Positions 23,690 to 47,300 of a stretch of 64,000 nucleotides of DNA are shown one piece after another (positions within the stretch are counted from its first letter, which is position 1; every line of letters starts with the position of its first letter). Below the pieces are notes generated by a model. The model saw nothing but the letters and a program-made list of their open reading frames with translations, searched no databases and had not been told where the DNA came from. Origin of the DNA: Phoronis australis (Eukaryota > Animalia > Phoronida); assembly GCA_002633005.1 (NCBI GenBank), contig NMRA01000605.1, positions 66,185-130,184 on the forward strand. The letters run 5' to 3'. Made by a program: the position numbers and the translations under genes.

Positions 23690-26317
23690 ATGCACATGTG
23701 GCCGACTTTTGGAGAACATTTCAGAGCATTGACACGAGATTACCAGGGGTCGTTTGAGGACCAAGTTGTCACGTTTTTTAATGTTACTGGAATTGTCGGT
23801 GACATGATGCAAAATGTTCGACTAGCGATTAAGGATTTTCTCTTCACCAAAGAAGAGCTCAACGTCTTGCAGTATCGTGAATTTCAATTGGACGTTATTT
23901 TTCTTCAACTGCTGGCAGTTGCTGGCTTGTTGATGGTGTCGACTTGTCTTGTGCTCTTGGTGTGTTTAATTTGGAAAGTGATTCACAAAATTACCCCTCC
24001 AAAGGTGAATACCACCGGCACAGTGCGAGAGCAGACAAAGGAGACTGAAGAGAGAGCAGGCGATAATGTTTATTTTGGTGAGTTCATGCTTTTTACGCCA
24101 AATCGCGTTATTCTACCCACTTCTTAGGAAAACTACAGTCGACTACTGTTGTTTTGACACTGATAACTTAGGTGTTAAACCATACACAAAATATATGAAT
24201 AAGACCAGACGGTGAATTCCATTTACCCCATGATGCGCCCTTCGTCAGCGGTGGTAGGTAGAATTGTAAAAAAACTAGTATCATAACACTAATAATTAAT
24301 GTGAGAACAAAACGCGTAAAAAAAAATTAGCAAAAGGCATGCGTTCCGTAGACGCGGTAACCTTGCAGTTGCAAAACGTCGTACTCATCGGGGAGGAATC
24401 GCACAAGCGAAACAGGAGGCCCCCTTTAGTTTCAAGCGCGAGGTTCTCGCGTCAACGAAACTCGGTCCTGGCAAACAACTTCCAAAGCAAGAAAACAAAA
24501 AAGACCCAAGACACATAACTGACGTAAATTTCTTCTGAATAAAGTGAGCAATTGGGCCTGCTAGTGTATTCACTAATTATTACCGGATGCAGTTTATGTT
24601 TTACAAGGTCAATGGAGTGAGGCGAACGACAACTGCCACAACAGTAACGGTCTGTTGATCTTTGAAGATAAACAGATTGGAAGTGGAGAAGGATCAAGGG
24701 TACGCTCTGTGCAGGATGACTTTGCCGTGCAAGAGGATAGCGACGCGCCCATTATCATGACCAACGGCTTGCGCGAAGTCGATAGTGATGACGATACTGC
24801 TAACGATTACGACGTAACTGCGAGAGATGACGTTGTGACCTATGCTGCTGAAGATAAACCGCCAGAAAACGAAACGCCAAATTCATTAGAAACGAACGTG
24901 GACGACGCAACTGCATTTGGAGAGGAAGTGCTCAGTGTGAACTATGCTGGTGAATTAAGGAATCCTGAGGCCACGGAAGTCCACGATCAAGGAAACGACG
25001 AGAGAGATGCTGGTGATTATGATGACGTAGCGACTGAGGATTTCAATAACGACTGTCTACAAAACGTAGAGTGTGAGGTGTCTAGCATTACGATGACGTA
25101 CAAAATCAACCAACGAAAGCGAGTTAGTGAAAAACAGCGAGAACTTGACATATGCTCTCGTGTTTCAATACCAACTCCTAACGGATCCGGGGAAAACGCG
25201 AGGCACGTTATTAATCGTGACGTCCCGTACGGATGTCCCGAAGGTCATGTTAGCCAAGCAGAGAACTGTTGGGCGCTGGGAACTCTCAGAAGAAGTGCGA
25301 CACGAAGCATTAGTGGTCAATACGTAGAGATTCCTATCATAGGCAGCTTCAGTGCCAGCCCAAGGCGTAAAAAGCCACGATGCTCCAAATACGTGTTCGT
25401 GTCACCAGATTGCAAATCAAACACGCAGCCCAATTTCTTAGAGTCGTTGGAGCGCTACAACAGGAAAAAACACACTGGCGATTCCAAGGACACCGCTGGT
25501 AAGGTTAATAATTCAAACCACTATGAGCTAACAGTACAAAGCGACTAGTATAGAAGTCTGTTATATTGCAGTGAACAGACTCGATCGCGAAAACGCCATG
25601 TTGTTTAACAAGGACAGTTTTGCAAGTGCTCGCTCCATCGTGATCACACCCGCCTTTAGTGTATTCACATTCCCAAGCTCAAATCTAAAATATATACTGG
25701 GTAAAAAGTGACCTAAGCACAACTACAATTGAAGCTCTAGAATTTAATCTCTGAGCTCAAACCCAAAATTATTTTTAAAATTTCTACCTACGTGTAAACA
25801 TAAACTTGCCAGAGTTGTCAGATTTATTCAAACAAACATACACATTATGAACATGAGAAGCAATTGAAAAAGCGAGTTATTCTTTATTGTCCCATCGAAG
25901 TGCGGCTACACCATATAATAGTAGAAGGTGGTGACGCATCCAATGAATGTCCCCTACAAGTGAGAAAAACATAACGGGATATTGCTTTTTGAATTAATAA
26001 AAAATTACCATTGCTTGTGAACGCACCATTAAATCCTGCAAAAAGTCAAGTTGCCATTACACTTTTCAGGTGGCAAACCAGTAAACTTGATTAAAGGCAT
26101 TTTGAAGAAATCGAAGAGAATGCGTGGTGACTATGCAAGGCAGAAAACCATGGACACAGTCAGTCCTTGTTCTCTGAAAGAATCCATCGAAGACTTTTCC
26201 CATATACGGAAGACGGTCTCACCTCGCATGTCACCCGGCATGTCACCCAAGTTAATTAGCATAAAGACACGAGATGTCTGTTTGAAGGCATTTGACAAGT
26301 CGCCCCTTTTTATATAA
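23690..26317 (+). CDS. Uncharacterised single-pass membrane protein with a long acidic, probably disordered tail (~500 aa)
   Basis: Phase-consistent model 23690-24077, 24608-25498, 26070-26317 (all phase-1 GT-AG introns). Hydrophobic segment VIFLQLLAVAGLLMVSTCLVLLVCLIW followed by basic residues. AATAAA signals near 26476 and 26562. A further exon-like stretch at 24369-24523 does not fit the phase. Confidence 0.6.
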
Positions 26318-27438
26318 AGCGAAAAAAGATTAGCCATGATGAAAATGGATTTTACCAACTAGTACCATTTAGAAGATTATGGCATTATTTGTCATAATGT
26401 ACAATACACAAAATAGTTCACCTATCTGAAGATATCATCTTTTTGAATATTGATATACAACCAATAAGGATGGTAAATAAAACTTCAAAGTAATTATAAA
26501 ATAACAAATGTTTTAATTCTATAGATAACTACTACATATTAGTCAATGAACATGAAAGTTCAATAAATGAACTCCACAGTGAAGAAATATTCATTAAAAA
26601 TTAACAAAATTTGGCATCTTTGAAAAATAATCCTTCCACCATTCCTACCAGTAATCATTATTTTTTGTTAAAAATTCCAGGGTTAAATAAAAAATTCTGA
26701 TATTTCAACCATCTGTAAATTGTATGCAAAACCAATTCAAATCTTCTGTTATACAAATCAATATATTGCTACATGTATATAAGAACTACCCCCACATGAA
26801 TGCTTGGACATTTCATGAAAACATCGCAAAACTAAGACACTGTTTTCAGACCTTTAGAAAACTAAAAGACTTTCATCAATCCAGAGCTATCACTAACTAT
26901 AGGTATTTGCATTTCTACCGACAATTGTTAAAAAGTGGAGGTCAAAGCTGTTCAACTGTGGTGACTTTTTTGCTAGAGTCACATCAGAATATCAACATTA
27001 TTTTGAAAATTAAATACATAACCCCACCCGTTATATGTAGAAAGAGCATCACAACTAACCTGCACACAACTTGTAATTGGAATTGACATGCTAAGAAACA
27101 GTTATTACCCTCACTAAGTGACCAAGTGAATAGACTCACTCTACTGATGACTACAGCCCCCCTAGTGAGTCTGGAATGTAGATACTGAGAACCAGTTTAA
27201 AGAGGATATTTAAGCATGCTGACTTACAATTGCTGAGGAACAGAACTCATCTCACAGATGGAATAACCCACTTGAAAATGTTGCACTAACTATAACTACA
27301 CAACTTGTACAAGTAAGGTAAACCTGTATCATCACAATATTACACCGTCCACCCAAATAAGCTGCAACATATAGACTTTCAATATCTTACCAACACAATA
27401 TCACAATGAGGTAGGTCCTGCTAATCTAACACGCTGAT

Positions 27439-36908
<9,470 letters not shown>

Positions 36909-38156
36909 TTAGAAAACACCCGGCGCTTGTCAGTCAGCTGAGCGACCGACTGTCACTGACTGCCTAGGTAATCCGTATCAGCAAAGATACTATATAATCT
37001 TTGGTATCAGTATGGGTGAGCACTCGCCATGTATGCCTGGGAGACTGTGAATCAAAAGTACCGAAAGCTTGTTCCATAACAGATCTCATGTTCACTATAC
37101 TGCATACGTTCCATGACAACAGTAAATAGTAATCATGAGTAGACTATCGGGCCGTTTGGTCCCGCCCACGCATAGGCCAAGCCAGTGGGTCGGCCCCTCC
37201 AGCACTCAGGGTGACTCGTCAGTCCTCACTTTTAGAGTTCACTCAGAAAGGGACATCCAAATATGTGGCCTCAGTCGTTTATCACTGGGCCTATATTTAA
37301 GCAGCGGTGGCATTTTGGAGGTTCGATATATAGAACGCGCTTTTACAGTTAGTGTCCGCTGGCATCATATCAGGCGAACAGCTGAGATGAACAGGGTCTA
37401 CGAGCCCAGCGAATTCAAAGGTCATAGTTCGTCAAGTTGACGGCATCCCAGTCAACAGAATGGATTTCAAGTGCCTAGGGCTTGCCAGGGTTATTTAAAA
37501 ATAATAGAGTAGGCCTACAATCCACGGCCCTCGCATTGTGCTGAAATTTAAATTCTTTGAGTTTTTTTCTTTCGTTACTTGACAATTCAATCAGGCCTAG
37601 CGTGATCATCACTACTACTGATGTCGGCGTCAATTTTTGGGTGCAGCTCTTTTCATTTATTATCAAAATGCTTTCAGAAAATTTTGCGTGATTCCATCTC
37701 GTCGACCAAACTCGGCATATTTCACGGCATTTTGTATTGTGCCAATAGGCTGCAGTAAGTTGTATAAAGATCCGAGTTGCGTGTGGAAGTGACGACTTTA
37801 CAGCACTGATTAAACACTGGTTGAAATGAATGACAGTATAGTTCACTTAGACTATTGTTTCTTTTTAATTGTTCGGCTACTGAAATTGAATCGTTCGTGG
37901 CTCACTAGATAATTTTCCCGAAACGGAACTTACATGTATACCATAAAAATTAGCCAAAACGTGGAAAATCGTTTCGTAGTGACCTGTATTTCAATCGGTA
38001 TGGGCTTATTCACTTCAGGTCAAGAAAACTGGATTCCTGAACCATTACCTTTTGTGACAGTTTTCATCCTATCATTTTGGCTAAGCATTTTTTTAGTTTC
38101 CAATTGGAATGAAACCTAAACAGAATCAAAAATGACACATGCCGACTGATATGATG

Positions 38157-38582
38157 AGCCGTTGGGGGGAAAGTATCGCCGTAAAATTTCGTGCGTAAAT
38201 TAATCATTATTAGGCCTAGTGGCGTAAATAAATTACTTGCGGCGTTATTTTTTTGCTGCGTAAAGTAATTAATTACGGCGCAAAATAATTACGTATAGTT
38301 ACTTTCGGCTTAATGTAATTACACTACGCCGCAATGACTTACTTTACGCCATTAAATTACGTGCGTAAGTTAATTCTTGTTAGAAGCGTAAAGTAATTAT
38401 TTAGAGGCGTAAATTAATTATTTGCGACGTGAATTGTATTTGCGGCGTAAAGTAATTATGTACCACTTGAAGTAATTAGTTGCGGCGTACTTTGACAGCG
38501 TAAAGTAATTATTTGTGGCGTAATTTAACGGCGTAAATTATTTGCGGCGTAATTATTCGGCGACACTTTTCTCTCAACGGCC
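38157..38582. mobile_element. MITE/foldback element with internal GCGTAAAGTAATTA repeats
   Basis: Imperfect TIRs GCCGTTGGGGGGAAAGTATCGCCG and CGGCGACACTTTTCTCTCAACGGC. More than ten CGTAAA(G/T)TAATT motifs occur in both orientations. Confidence 0.7.
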
Positions 38583-39299
38583 ATTCAAAGACTGAAGGCT
38601 AAGCCATTCTGTCGCGCACAACACTGAGGTTTGCACTAACGAACTTATAAGGGATATATATACCAAAGAAAATTACTAAATTCTTATAGACGGCGATTAC
38701 GTGGCGGTTACTTCATTGCGAGATGCATAAAAGTCGATTGCAAAATCGTTTTCTATTGCAAGTTATACATGGGAGCGCATAATGGGTTCATTATTTCCAA
38801 TGTCTAATAAATAACAATTCTAATTTCATCTTAATTACTTTGAAGTTGTTCATATTTTTCAAACAGTGCTCAATGTAACTTCAAAAATGACACCTAAGCC
38901 TATAGCTTTAGTGGCCAACTAAAGGAATCCTCCCACAACAAATTGATTGATCCGTCTCATTCTCACAACCAATCACAGAAACAAAAATGGGAGTTTGGGG
39001 GTATTCCATAGACTACTACTGCAATGAACGCATCATCCTGCTGAACTAAAAGACAAGGGCCTTACCCCGGACTTTTCAAAGAATGGTTTTGCTCGCAGCA
39101 TACTTTTCACTTACTTTTTCGAAAGTTGTTCTCGTGGCACTTTGCCCGAGAAGATGGCAAAGTGAGAAAGGTTACCTCATAAAAATTGAGGTTATCTGTC
39201 CGAACCCTGCAGGCCAGGGTACAAAACTGGAGAGCCACAGAGCACAACATTTGAGGAGGTGCCCATCTTTTGATTAGTCAAAGGACACTTATAAATGTG

Positions 39300-40060
39300 A
39301 TACAACACAACCAGTTAATATGCTGACAATTCATGTGGCTGTACTATTCCTTCCCAATTCTTTGTTTTTTTAATATCTTTTTTGAAAACATATTACAAAC
39401 TTTCACACAAACAACTCCCACATTACTTTCAAAACAATTTTATTTGCTATTACAACCAAAACAACAGACCATTAGAAATTATCATTTGCCAGATCTCTCA
39501 GGAAACTTCATTGTTACTTATCACAGCTACGAGCTTATACTCAAGACTTCATGTAACAAATCAATCATGACAACTCACTTTTTACGTTTTCATGTTCCTA
39601 AAATAGCCAATGAAAATAAAGTACCATCTTCAGATCTAGATCAGATTAACACCCAATGAGTTGCTGGACTTTCAAGGTATTACAGGAACCAAAATTTAGA
39701 AACTTACATACCATGTGCGCACACAGGGGGGGGGGGGGGGGGGAAAAGGGGNGTCCGCCTCAGAGAAACAAAAACGAGACAATAGTCCACAGGAATTCGG
39801 AATGCGCAATTCATAGGTCTGAACGTAGTACCCGTTTTTTAGTCTCCATAAAAGTTCCACATACTGAAAAATTCAAGCACCCCCTAAATTTAAGGCTGGG
39901 TGCGCACATGCATACTATGCAATGGCTCAAGCTGCTTCTCCTGCAATTATGTCCATCCTGAATATCCATGTACAAATTACACTATTACACAGAAACACTA
40001 TTAATTTTTGGACACAGCGACACATGCACACATTGTACAAATGTAGTTATTGCCTACACA
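39300..40060 (+). mobile_element. Probable decayed 3' end of a CR1/L2-type LINE ORF2
   Basis: Fragments LKTYYKLSHKQLPHYF, LRFHVPKIAN, AGLSRYY and a terminal Cys cluster (~40020-40052) recall LINE ORF2 C-termini. The region is frameshifted and interrupted. Confidence 0.35.
39712..39910. mobile_element. Small hAT-like MITE
   Basis: TIRs CATGTGCGCACACAG and CTGGGTGCGCACATG, flanked by a CATAC direct repeat (39707-39711, 39911-39915). Confidence 0.65.
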
Positions 40061-41301
40061 CACTCAACATTACTAGTTCTAATCTGTTTATATACATATA
40101 TTACATATATGTTATATACAGTGTTTTTTAATGTATTTTACTTATTGTTATATAAGTTAAACTTATTTTCAGTCATTCTTATCAATGACCAATGACAAAT
40201 CATCAAAACATTAGGTTGTAACAGGACAGGGAGGACAATTTCTCGAGAAAGAAATGTTATTTACCAAAAATGCCTCATGTGTTCAGCACAAGGAGTAGCA
40301 AAACATCACATGTGCTCGAGAATACGTTTATGTAACAAAAACAAAACTCAATATCGATTAGCAGGAGTTATGAAAAATGTCAGGAAACAAAAAACCTAAA
40401 ATAATTTCACAAGCCAAAGTTCATGCCAGCAAAAACTTAAAGCTAATACAGCAATATTGACTTGTTGAATACAACTGTGCTAGAGGTCTATATTCAAATT
40501 AAGCTTCATAATTAAAAATATGTTTTCAGCTGATACAAAGTCATAATTGCGTTATCCAAATTAAAAACACAAGTTTTCATAAAAACACAGCTTTGCTGTT
40601 TTCTTCAAAATTCAACAGACACTGAAACAATACGAATGTGCCTGAATGTGAGGTCAGCAGTGATGACATCCACAACCCCACTGCAACATAAAGGGGATTC
40701 GTACCTTTTTGAAGCCATTTTGGGGCAATTGGGCATATTTCACTTACAATGAAAGATACCTTTCTGTCAATTTTTATAGAAACAAAAATTTAATTGTTTC
40801 TATAAAAATTGCAAAAAGATTTCACAATCGTTGTGGTAGTAAGTTTTGTTACCTGCTTAAGACATCATTCTCACTCAAAGTCAAATGGGAGATTGTTATG
40901 TGCAGTGGCCAGGATAGAAAATTGACCAGTATTGCACAAAGTTATTAGAACAAAAAAGCAAGAAAGCACAGCATACTCGGGTTGGCTGAAATTTTTGGGT
41001 CTTGCTCACTCTGTGAACTTTTGGTGTGAGAAACTGAAATCATTTATTGATGTCATTTTTATAGAAAATGACTGAGGAGGCTCAAAATACCTTTTAAAGT
41101 AAGTAAAACATCCTGAAATGGGTTGTCAACCTGAAGCATAACAGTTTGCGACTTGTAAAAACATGCAACAATGCTTTCTACACAAGATACAGTCACACAG
41201 ATGAAAAAGATGCCAGAAAGTTGTATTACTGCAATTTATTCATACCTGAATGACGTTTTATTGAGCAATTTTGACAACTACACCATAATACAAACTACAC
41301 C

Positions 41302-44300
41302 TTAATACATGATACTTGATGAGTGTCTTGGGTACATCTGTTGTGCCGTTAAGTTTTTCTGACAGGTGTCAAACACGTCTTTGAACCGTTTCGCCAATTC
41401 AGCAGTCTGGAAAAAGAAAACCAGATAGAACGAGTACCAGAGGTGTTGGAAGAGACAAAACAATACACATGACACTGAGAATTAGTCATGTTTTCCACAA
41501 AGTCAAAATCACTATCTCAACTCAATGCAATATTCAAGACACCGTTATCATCATGATGGTGGGATTTTCTGCAGAGTAACCCCAAGTCAGAAAATATCCG
41601 TTCAAGGACCAACATTCAAATTATTATATGCCCAAGCCTATGTTTGGAAGTGACAAATTTACAGTCAGGCGAATCGAACAATATTCTGTGTGTGATGCTG
41701 AGCAGTATAGAACCACGAGAGTAAATACACATGTCCCCACAGGCAGGAGATGATGCAGGAATCAATTATGCTTTTGATATCAATGTCAGCCAATCAAACT
41801 TGGGTAAGCTTGGGACTCACAAATGCTTTTCCCCCAAAATACACACCGAAGGTATATCTGCAGAGAACTGTCCTCATAATTTGCCCGATAAGGCATTTCT
41901 AAAGATAAGCCAACAATAAATTTTGACACAAATTAAAGTGAGCACATGTGAAGAATGTATAGACAGATACAGGACAGGAATTGTGCCAGTCTGAGCATAA
42001 ATCTGTAAACGATGACTAGAAAATATTTCTCCGAGTAATCTTTATAGTGTTACAAGAGTGTAATGAGAGAACTGCTGCGATGACCATACTACTACAGGAA
42101 AAGGTCATTTATGTTCATTTTTAGGGCATGTTTAGTAGTTTTAGTTTAAAAATCTGGCAAAATCTCTGCACATAAAAATTGTGCGGCAATTTTTTGCCAA
42201 TTTTCACACAAACACGACAATAGTGTATTTTGTGGCATCTTATGGATTGGTTTTAACCTTTAACTTGGACAAAGCTTGGCCAATGTCAATAAAATTCGAC
42301 AACTCTTGAAGACTACTGTAGTGCCAGGCTTTACTAATTAGTCTTCAAGCAAACAAACTACCAATCAAAACAGTGAAGTAAAATGTAATTTTGCAAATTT
42401 AAAATACCGGCCTGATCACACCAGCACGTACCTTAAATTTAATTGCAAACTGCTCAATGGCAGGCTCGTCCCCACCATCACTCTCTGAGAAGTCCATGCC
42501 GAACCAACACCAGGCGGTCTCTGACGTCGCCATGGGCTTCAGCTCCATGTCTGCTGTGATATTCTGGTTGCACACCACCTTGAACACCTGTTCCCGTCTA
42601 TGGACAAGGCGGTATTTACCTGGAGGGCAGAGAAGCATGCTGAATTTTGGTTAGAAAACAATGCACAGAATCTTCTCCACATGGCTGAAGCATGCGCACC
42701 CATGCTCAACAGATAATTAAATCTGCGCCTCTGTTCTGTTGCCGTTGTCTTGGGTGTTCAGCTATTTCCACTTTTTGGGCCTATAACTTTGCGGGCCACT
42801 CGCCATAATATGACATCAACAAGACAAAACACATTCAATTGAAATTCACGGTATTGCAACATGTCATGTTCTCAGTGAAGAGAAACCATCACTTGCCAAA
42901 AGTTTTAGATCATGTTGCTAGCATAATAAATGTAACAATACATTAAAAACATGCTTACACATTCCTCAAACCGACTCTTGGCTGGTAATTTCTTACCAAA
43001 GCCTTTGATACCTTCTCCAAAATTCGGTACTTATCACAACAAGAGTGAACTGTCATGAACATTAATTTGTAAATGTATATGTATATATAGAACATTTCAA
43101 GTTTTACTTCATGCAAACCACAATGTCCCACCAAGCTGCAACAAATATTATTACAATATCTTGTTAAATTATTACTTGCTAATAATCCACGGTTTCATGG
43201 ACAAAATGTAGAGTAAACTTTCAAAAAAGCTGTGTGCTTGCATCAGCAAAATCTCAGTTGTACAGCTGAATACAGATGAAAACTAACCAGACTTGGTGTT
43301 TTTCAAGATCTTCATTTCACCGATTCCTCGCTCCTTCCATTGTTTCACCTTGTTGTCAAAACGGAACAGCTTTGAGCGGTATCTGAACAGGATCTCATCA
43401 TCTTCTTCACCTTCGAAAAAACAAGGAAAACACAATTGAGAGTTCACCGATATCAACATCTGCATCCTTTGAGTTCAGCACAGAGAGGCAAATGAAACAG
43501 TTGTACATACTGTCATCTGATCAGTGCCAGGACTGTGTATTCATCTAAACCAGTCCAGTTCTGCAACTCATCTGATCAATATGCCAGGACTGAGTATTTA
43601 ATATCTAAACCAGTTCACTTGCCTTCCCAAGAATCACTTCTAAATCCTCTTGTCTTCATATCCCAACAAGTGGGTAAAGGCAATTGGAGAAGGCAATGTG
43701 TATGATTTGGATGCATATGACATAGCAACATAGATGAATGAGGATAGTGTAGTGCAATTGTCACAGACAAACATACAGAGAAACAGACAGACAAGTAAAC
43801 CTATAGTCTGACAGATCCTCCTGCATAGACAAACAGACACGCACACATCATACCATACTTACCAGTCTTGACCTCCACCTGGTCAGGCAGGGATATAATG
43901 GGTTCATAGTGGGGGTCGTGGTCAGTGTTAGTTGTAAACAGAGTTGCACCAGCTCCAGACCACTGGAACGGCTTCCTAGCTGCAGACAGACAGACACACA
44001 TGGCAATAACAGGTTAAATAATAGGGGACATTGCAGGGGAGATAATAGGCAGAATAGCAGGAGAAATAAACATCACTGGTTTATATGACTTCTCCCCACA
44101 CAAACCTAAAAGAAACACAACATTAATTAATGGTGATCTTAGTCTCCCAAATTTTTAACCTACCGGATTACTTGCAATGATCATCTAATACAATTATATT
44201 ATATTAAATATGGCTGATTACATGCAGTTTTCATCCTGAGTGTATACCATGCACGCCTTGAAACAGTCACACACAGACTGTAAAACAACACTTGTCATCT

Positions 44301-47300
44301 GACAAAAGCATTTTCTGCTAACAATAATAACACGTTACACAGTGGAACAAGATGGTTACTGGAAGTGAACCCCAGTGACAAGCTGCTTGAAAATTGCTGA
44401 AGCCCAGACAGACACATGGCAGTGATTGATTTGAGACAGCATTTTTACAACCATTTCTTTAACTTCAAACTCCAGTAACATGACATTTCGCTTCACAATC
44501 TGACATTTTTTTCAAAAGTACAAACATCAACTCTACTTTATAAGCTAGCGATAAATAATGTAGCAAACAAATTATGAAGTATTTTCAACTTCAACGCTAT
44601 AAAAATTATGAAATATATTTTACTTCAACTCTATAAAAACTATGAAATATATTTTCACTTCAACTCTATACAAGTCATAAGTTATATTTAACTTCAACTC
44701 TATACAATCCCACATCCCAATATAATGCTCAACATAATGCAGCAAGCAAATTATCAAATATATTTAATTTCAACTCTACACTATGCTCAACATACCATGA
44801 CTGCTTCCAAATCTAAATTCACCACTAGATGTGGCTGCCACAGATGAAAAGGAAATCCCTGCGACTGCAGAGTTGGCAAATATGCCGGAGGCAGCTAAAA
44901 TGAATGAGTTAATATAGCAGGGCAACATTCTAATGTAAAAAGTGATACTACTGTCTATGGACTCTAAAATGGAGAAGCTCAAACAGGAGTCGCCATTACA
45001 GGCATCATAAAAATTATTCACTGAAATACAGTTGGTCAACAATATTGGAATAAAGTACCAGTTATAATGCAAGCCAATTCTGTTTAAAGCAGTCTTAGTT
45101 TGCAAAATTCAAAGTCCTAAACAGTTTTGTATCGAAGTCTAACTGGAATAAGAACACTTAATGCAACAACAATTATCCACAACAAACACAGAACAGGAAA
45201 CCAACATGCACACGTTTCAATTTCACCATGTTAAGATAATTTTAACAATGACCAGAAATGACAGCACTAAATTATTCAGTGGTAAATATAACCACACTAT
45301 AGCTTCATGTCACAACATGTAACATTACGTATTCATAAGCTCAGTACTTCTCTCCAATAGGTTTTTGGAAGCAAGAGCTTGGCTAAACATCATTAACATT
45401 ACAAAGGACAAGCTTTCCTGAACATTAATATTGAACTTATTCAACCTAACCAAGAGCACTACTTGTTCTAAGTAATTTCAATATCACAAGGACATAACTC
45501 TTGAAAAAGTCACAGCACACTGAGTATTTCAACAATTGTGAATAGCCAGTTGCGACAAAAATATATTTCCCCCGACTGGATTGTGAAAGAAACCTACATC
45601 TTGCATATTGTGCTTATGAATTTAATATTTAAAAATATTTCTTTGATAGTCAAACTCACTTGGTTCCTCTGCATCAGCCCCAGGCTCTGTGGCCGATAGT
45701 TCAGGCACCTGGTCATCGTCTGATACTGGTGGCACAGATTGTTCAGGAACATAATCTTCACAGCCCCTGCAACCAGGACAGGGTGAGGCTTCCTCGTACA
45801 AGTAAAATGTGTCGGGCAGTAAGTATTTGCGGGCTAACTCTACCTTGTCTGGGGATGGCAGTCTCTCGCTCACAAAGATCACCTCATCTAAATGAGACAG
45901 AAATAGCTTTTTGCCCAAGATCCTCAATTAAAAGATGTCAAAAGCTGTTACCAAAGATAAAGACTGAATAATCGTGCATTTACATAGAACAAGATGAACA
46001 TCGATATAAAACTGGAAAAGCATTTTGAAGATAGTCTTGTTGTATTTTATACACTAGTCAGTGAATGAATTAATGGTAGATAACAACATGTGGGTAACAA
46101 TGAATTTGTTTAGAGGAAAAGGATGACGTTTTCATCAATTTTTGACTTTGGAGAACATGCTCAAAATTTCCAGAAACTGCTGATACTTGAATTTTTTTCA
46201 GGACACATCCACAGCTTTGTAATAAAACGGTGAAGTTTTCAGTGCTCATAGTAAGGAATGTTTTCACAATAAAAAGGCAAAGAATACTGTTGGCCACAGC
46301 ATCTGAATGTACAAACTTTGTCTTCACTGCTTCAGAATTTCTTAATGGAACATCCACACTCAGGAGACCTCACCACTAAATACACAAACATTGCTAATAC
46401 AGCACTTCTCACCATCTTCAGTAGAGGATCCTTCCGAATCTTGGACACCAATGTTTTCAACGACACCTAGTGGACAGAAACACAAGTATGAACTTGAAAA
46501 CTGATGATGCATTGAATAGNNNNNNNNNNNNNNNNNNNNNNNNNNNNNNNNNNNNNNNNNNNNNNNNNNNNNNNNNNNNNNNNNNNNNNNNNNNNNNNNN
46601 NNNNNNNNNNNNNNNNNNNNNNNNNNNNNNNNNNNNNNNNNNNNNNNNNNNNNNNNNNNNNNNNNNNNNNNNNNNNNNNNNNNNNNNNNNNNNNNNNNNN
46701 NNNNNNNNNNNNNNNNNNNNNNNNNNNNNNNNNNNNNNNNNNNNNNNNNNNNNNNNNNNNNNNNNNNNNNNNNNNNNNNNNNNNNNNNNNNNNNNNNNNN
46801 NNNNNNNNNNNNNNNNNNNNNNNNNNNNNNNNNNNNNNNNNNNNNNNNNNNNNNNNNNNNNNNNNNNNNNNNNNNNNNNNNNNNNNNNNNNNNNNNNNNN
46901 NNNNNNNNNNNNNNNNNNNNNNNNNNNNNNNNNNNNNNNNNNNNNNNNNNNNNNNNNNNNNNNNNNNNNNNNNNNNNNNNNNNNNNNNNNNNNNNNNNNN
47001 NNNNNNNNNNNNNNNNNNNNNNNNNNNNNNNNNNNNNNNNNNNNNNNNNNNNNNNNNNNNNNNNNNNNNNNNNNNNNNNNNNNNNNNNNNNNNNNNNNNN
47101 NNNNNNNNNNNNNNNNNNNNNNNNNNNNNNNNNNNNNNNNNNNNNNNNNNNNNNNNNNNNNNNNNNNNNNNNNNNNNNNNNNNNNNNNNNNNNNNNNNNN
47201 NNNNNNNNNNNNNNNNNNNNNNNNNNNNNNNNNNNNNNNNNNNNNNNNNNNNNNNNNNNNNNNNNNNNNNNNNNNNNNNNNNNNNNNNNNNNNNNNNNNN

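Noticed and set aside
26724-27086. 120-aa + strand ORF
   Set aside because: AT-rich sequence in the region of the convergent 3' UTRs, with no coding signature.
37135-37846. ORFs of 101 and 123 aa upstream of GSR
   Set aside because: No recognisable motifs or splice structure.
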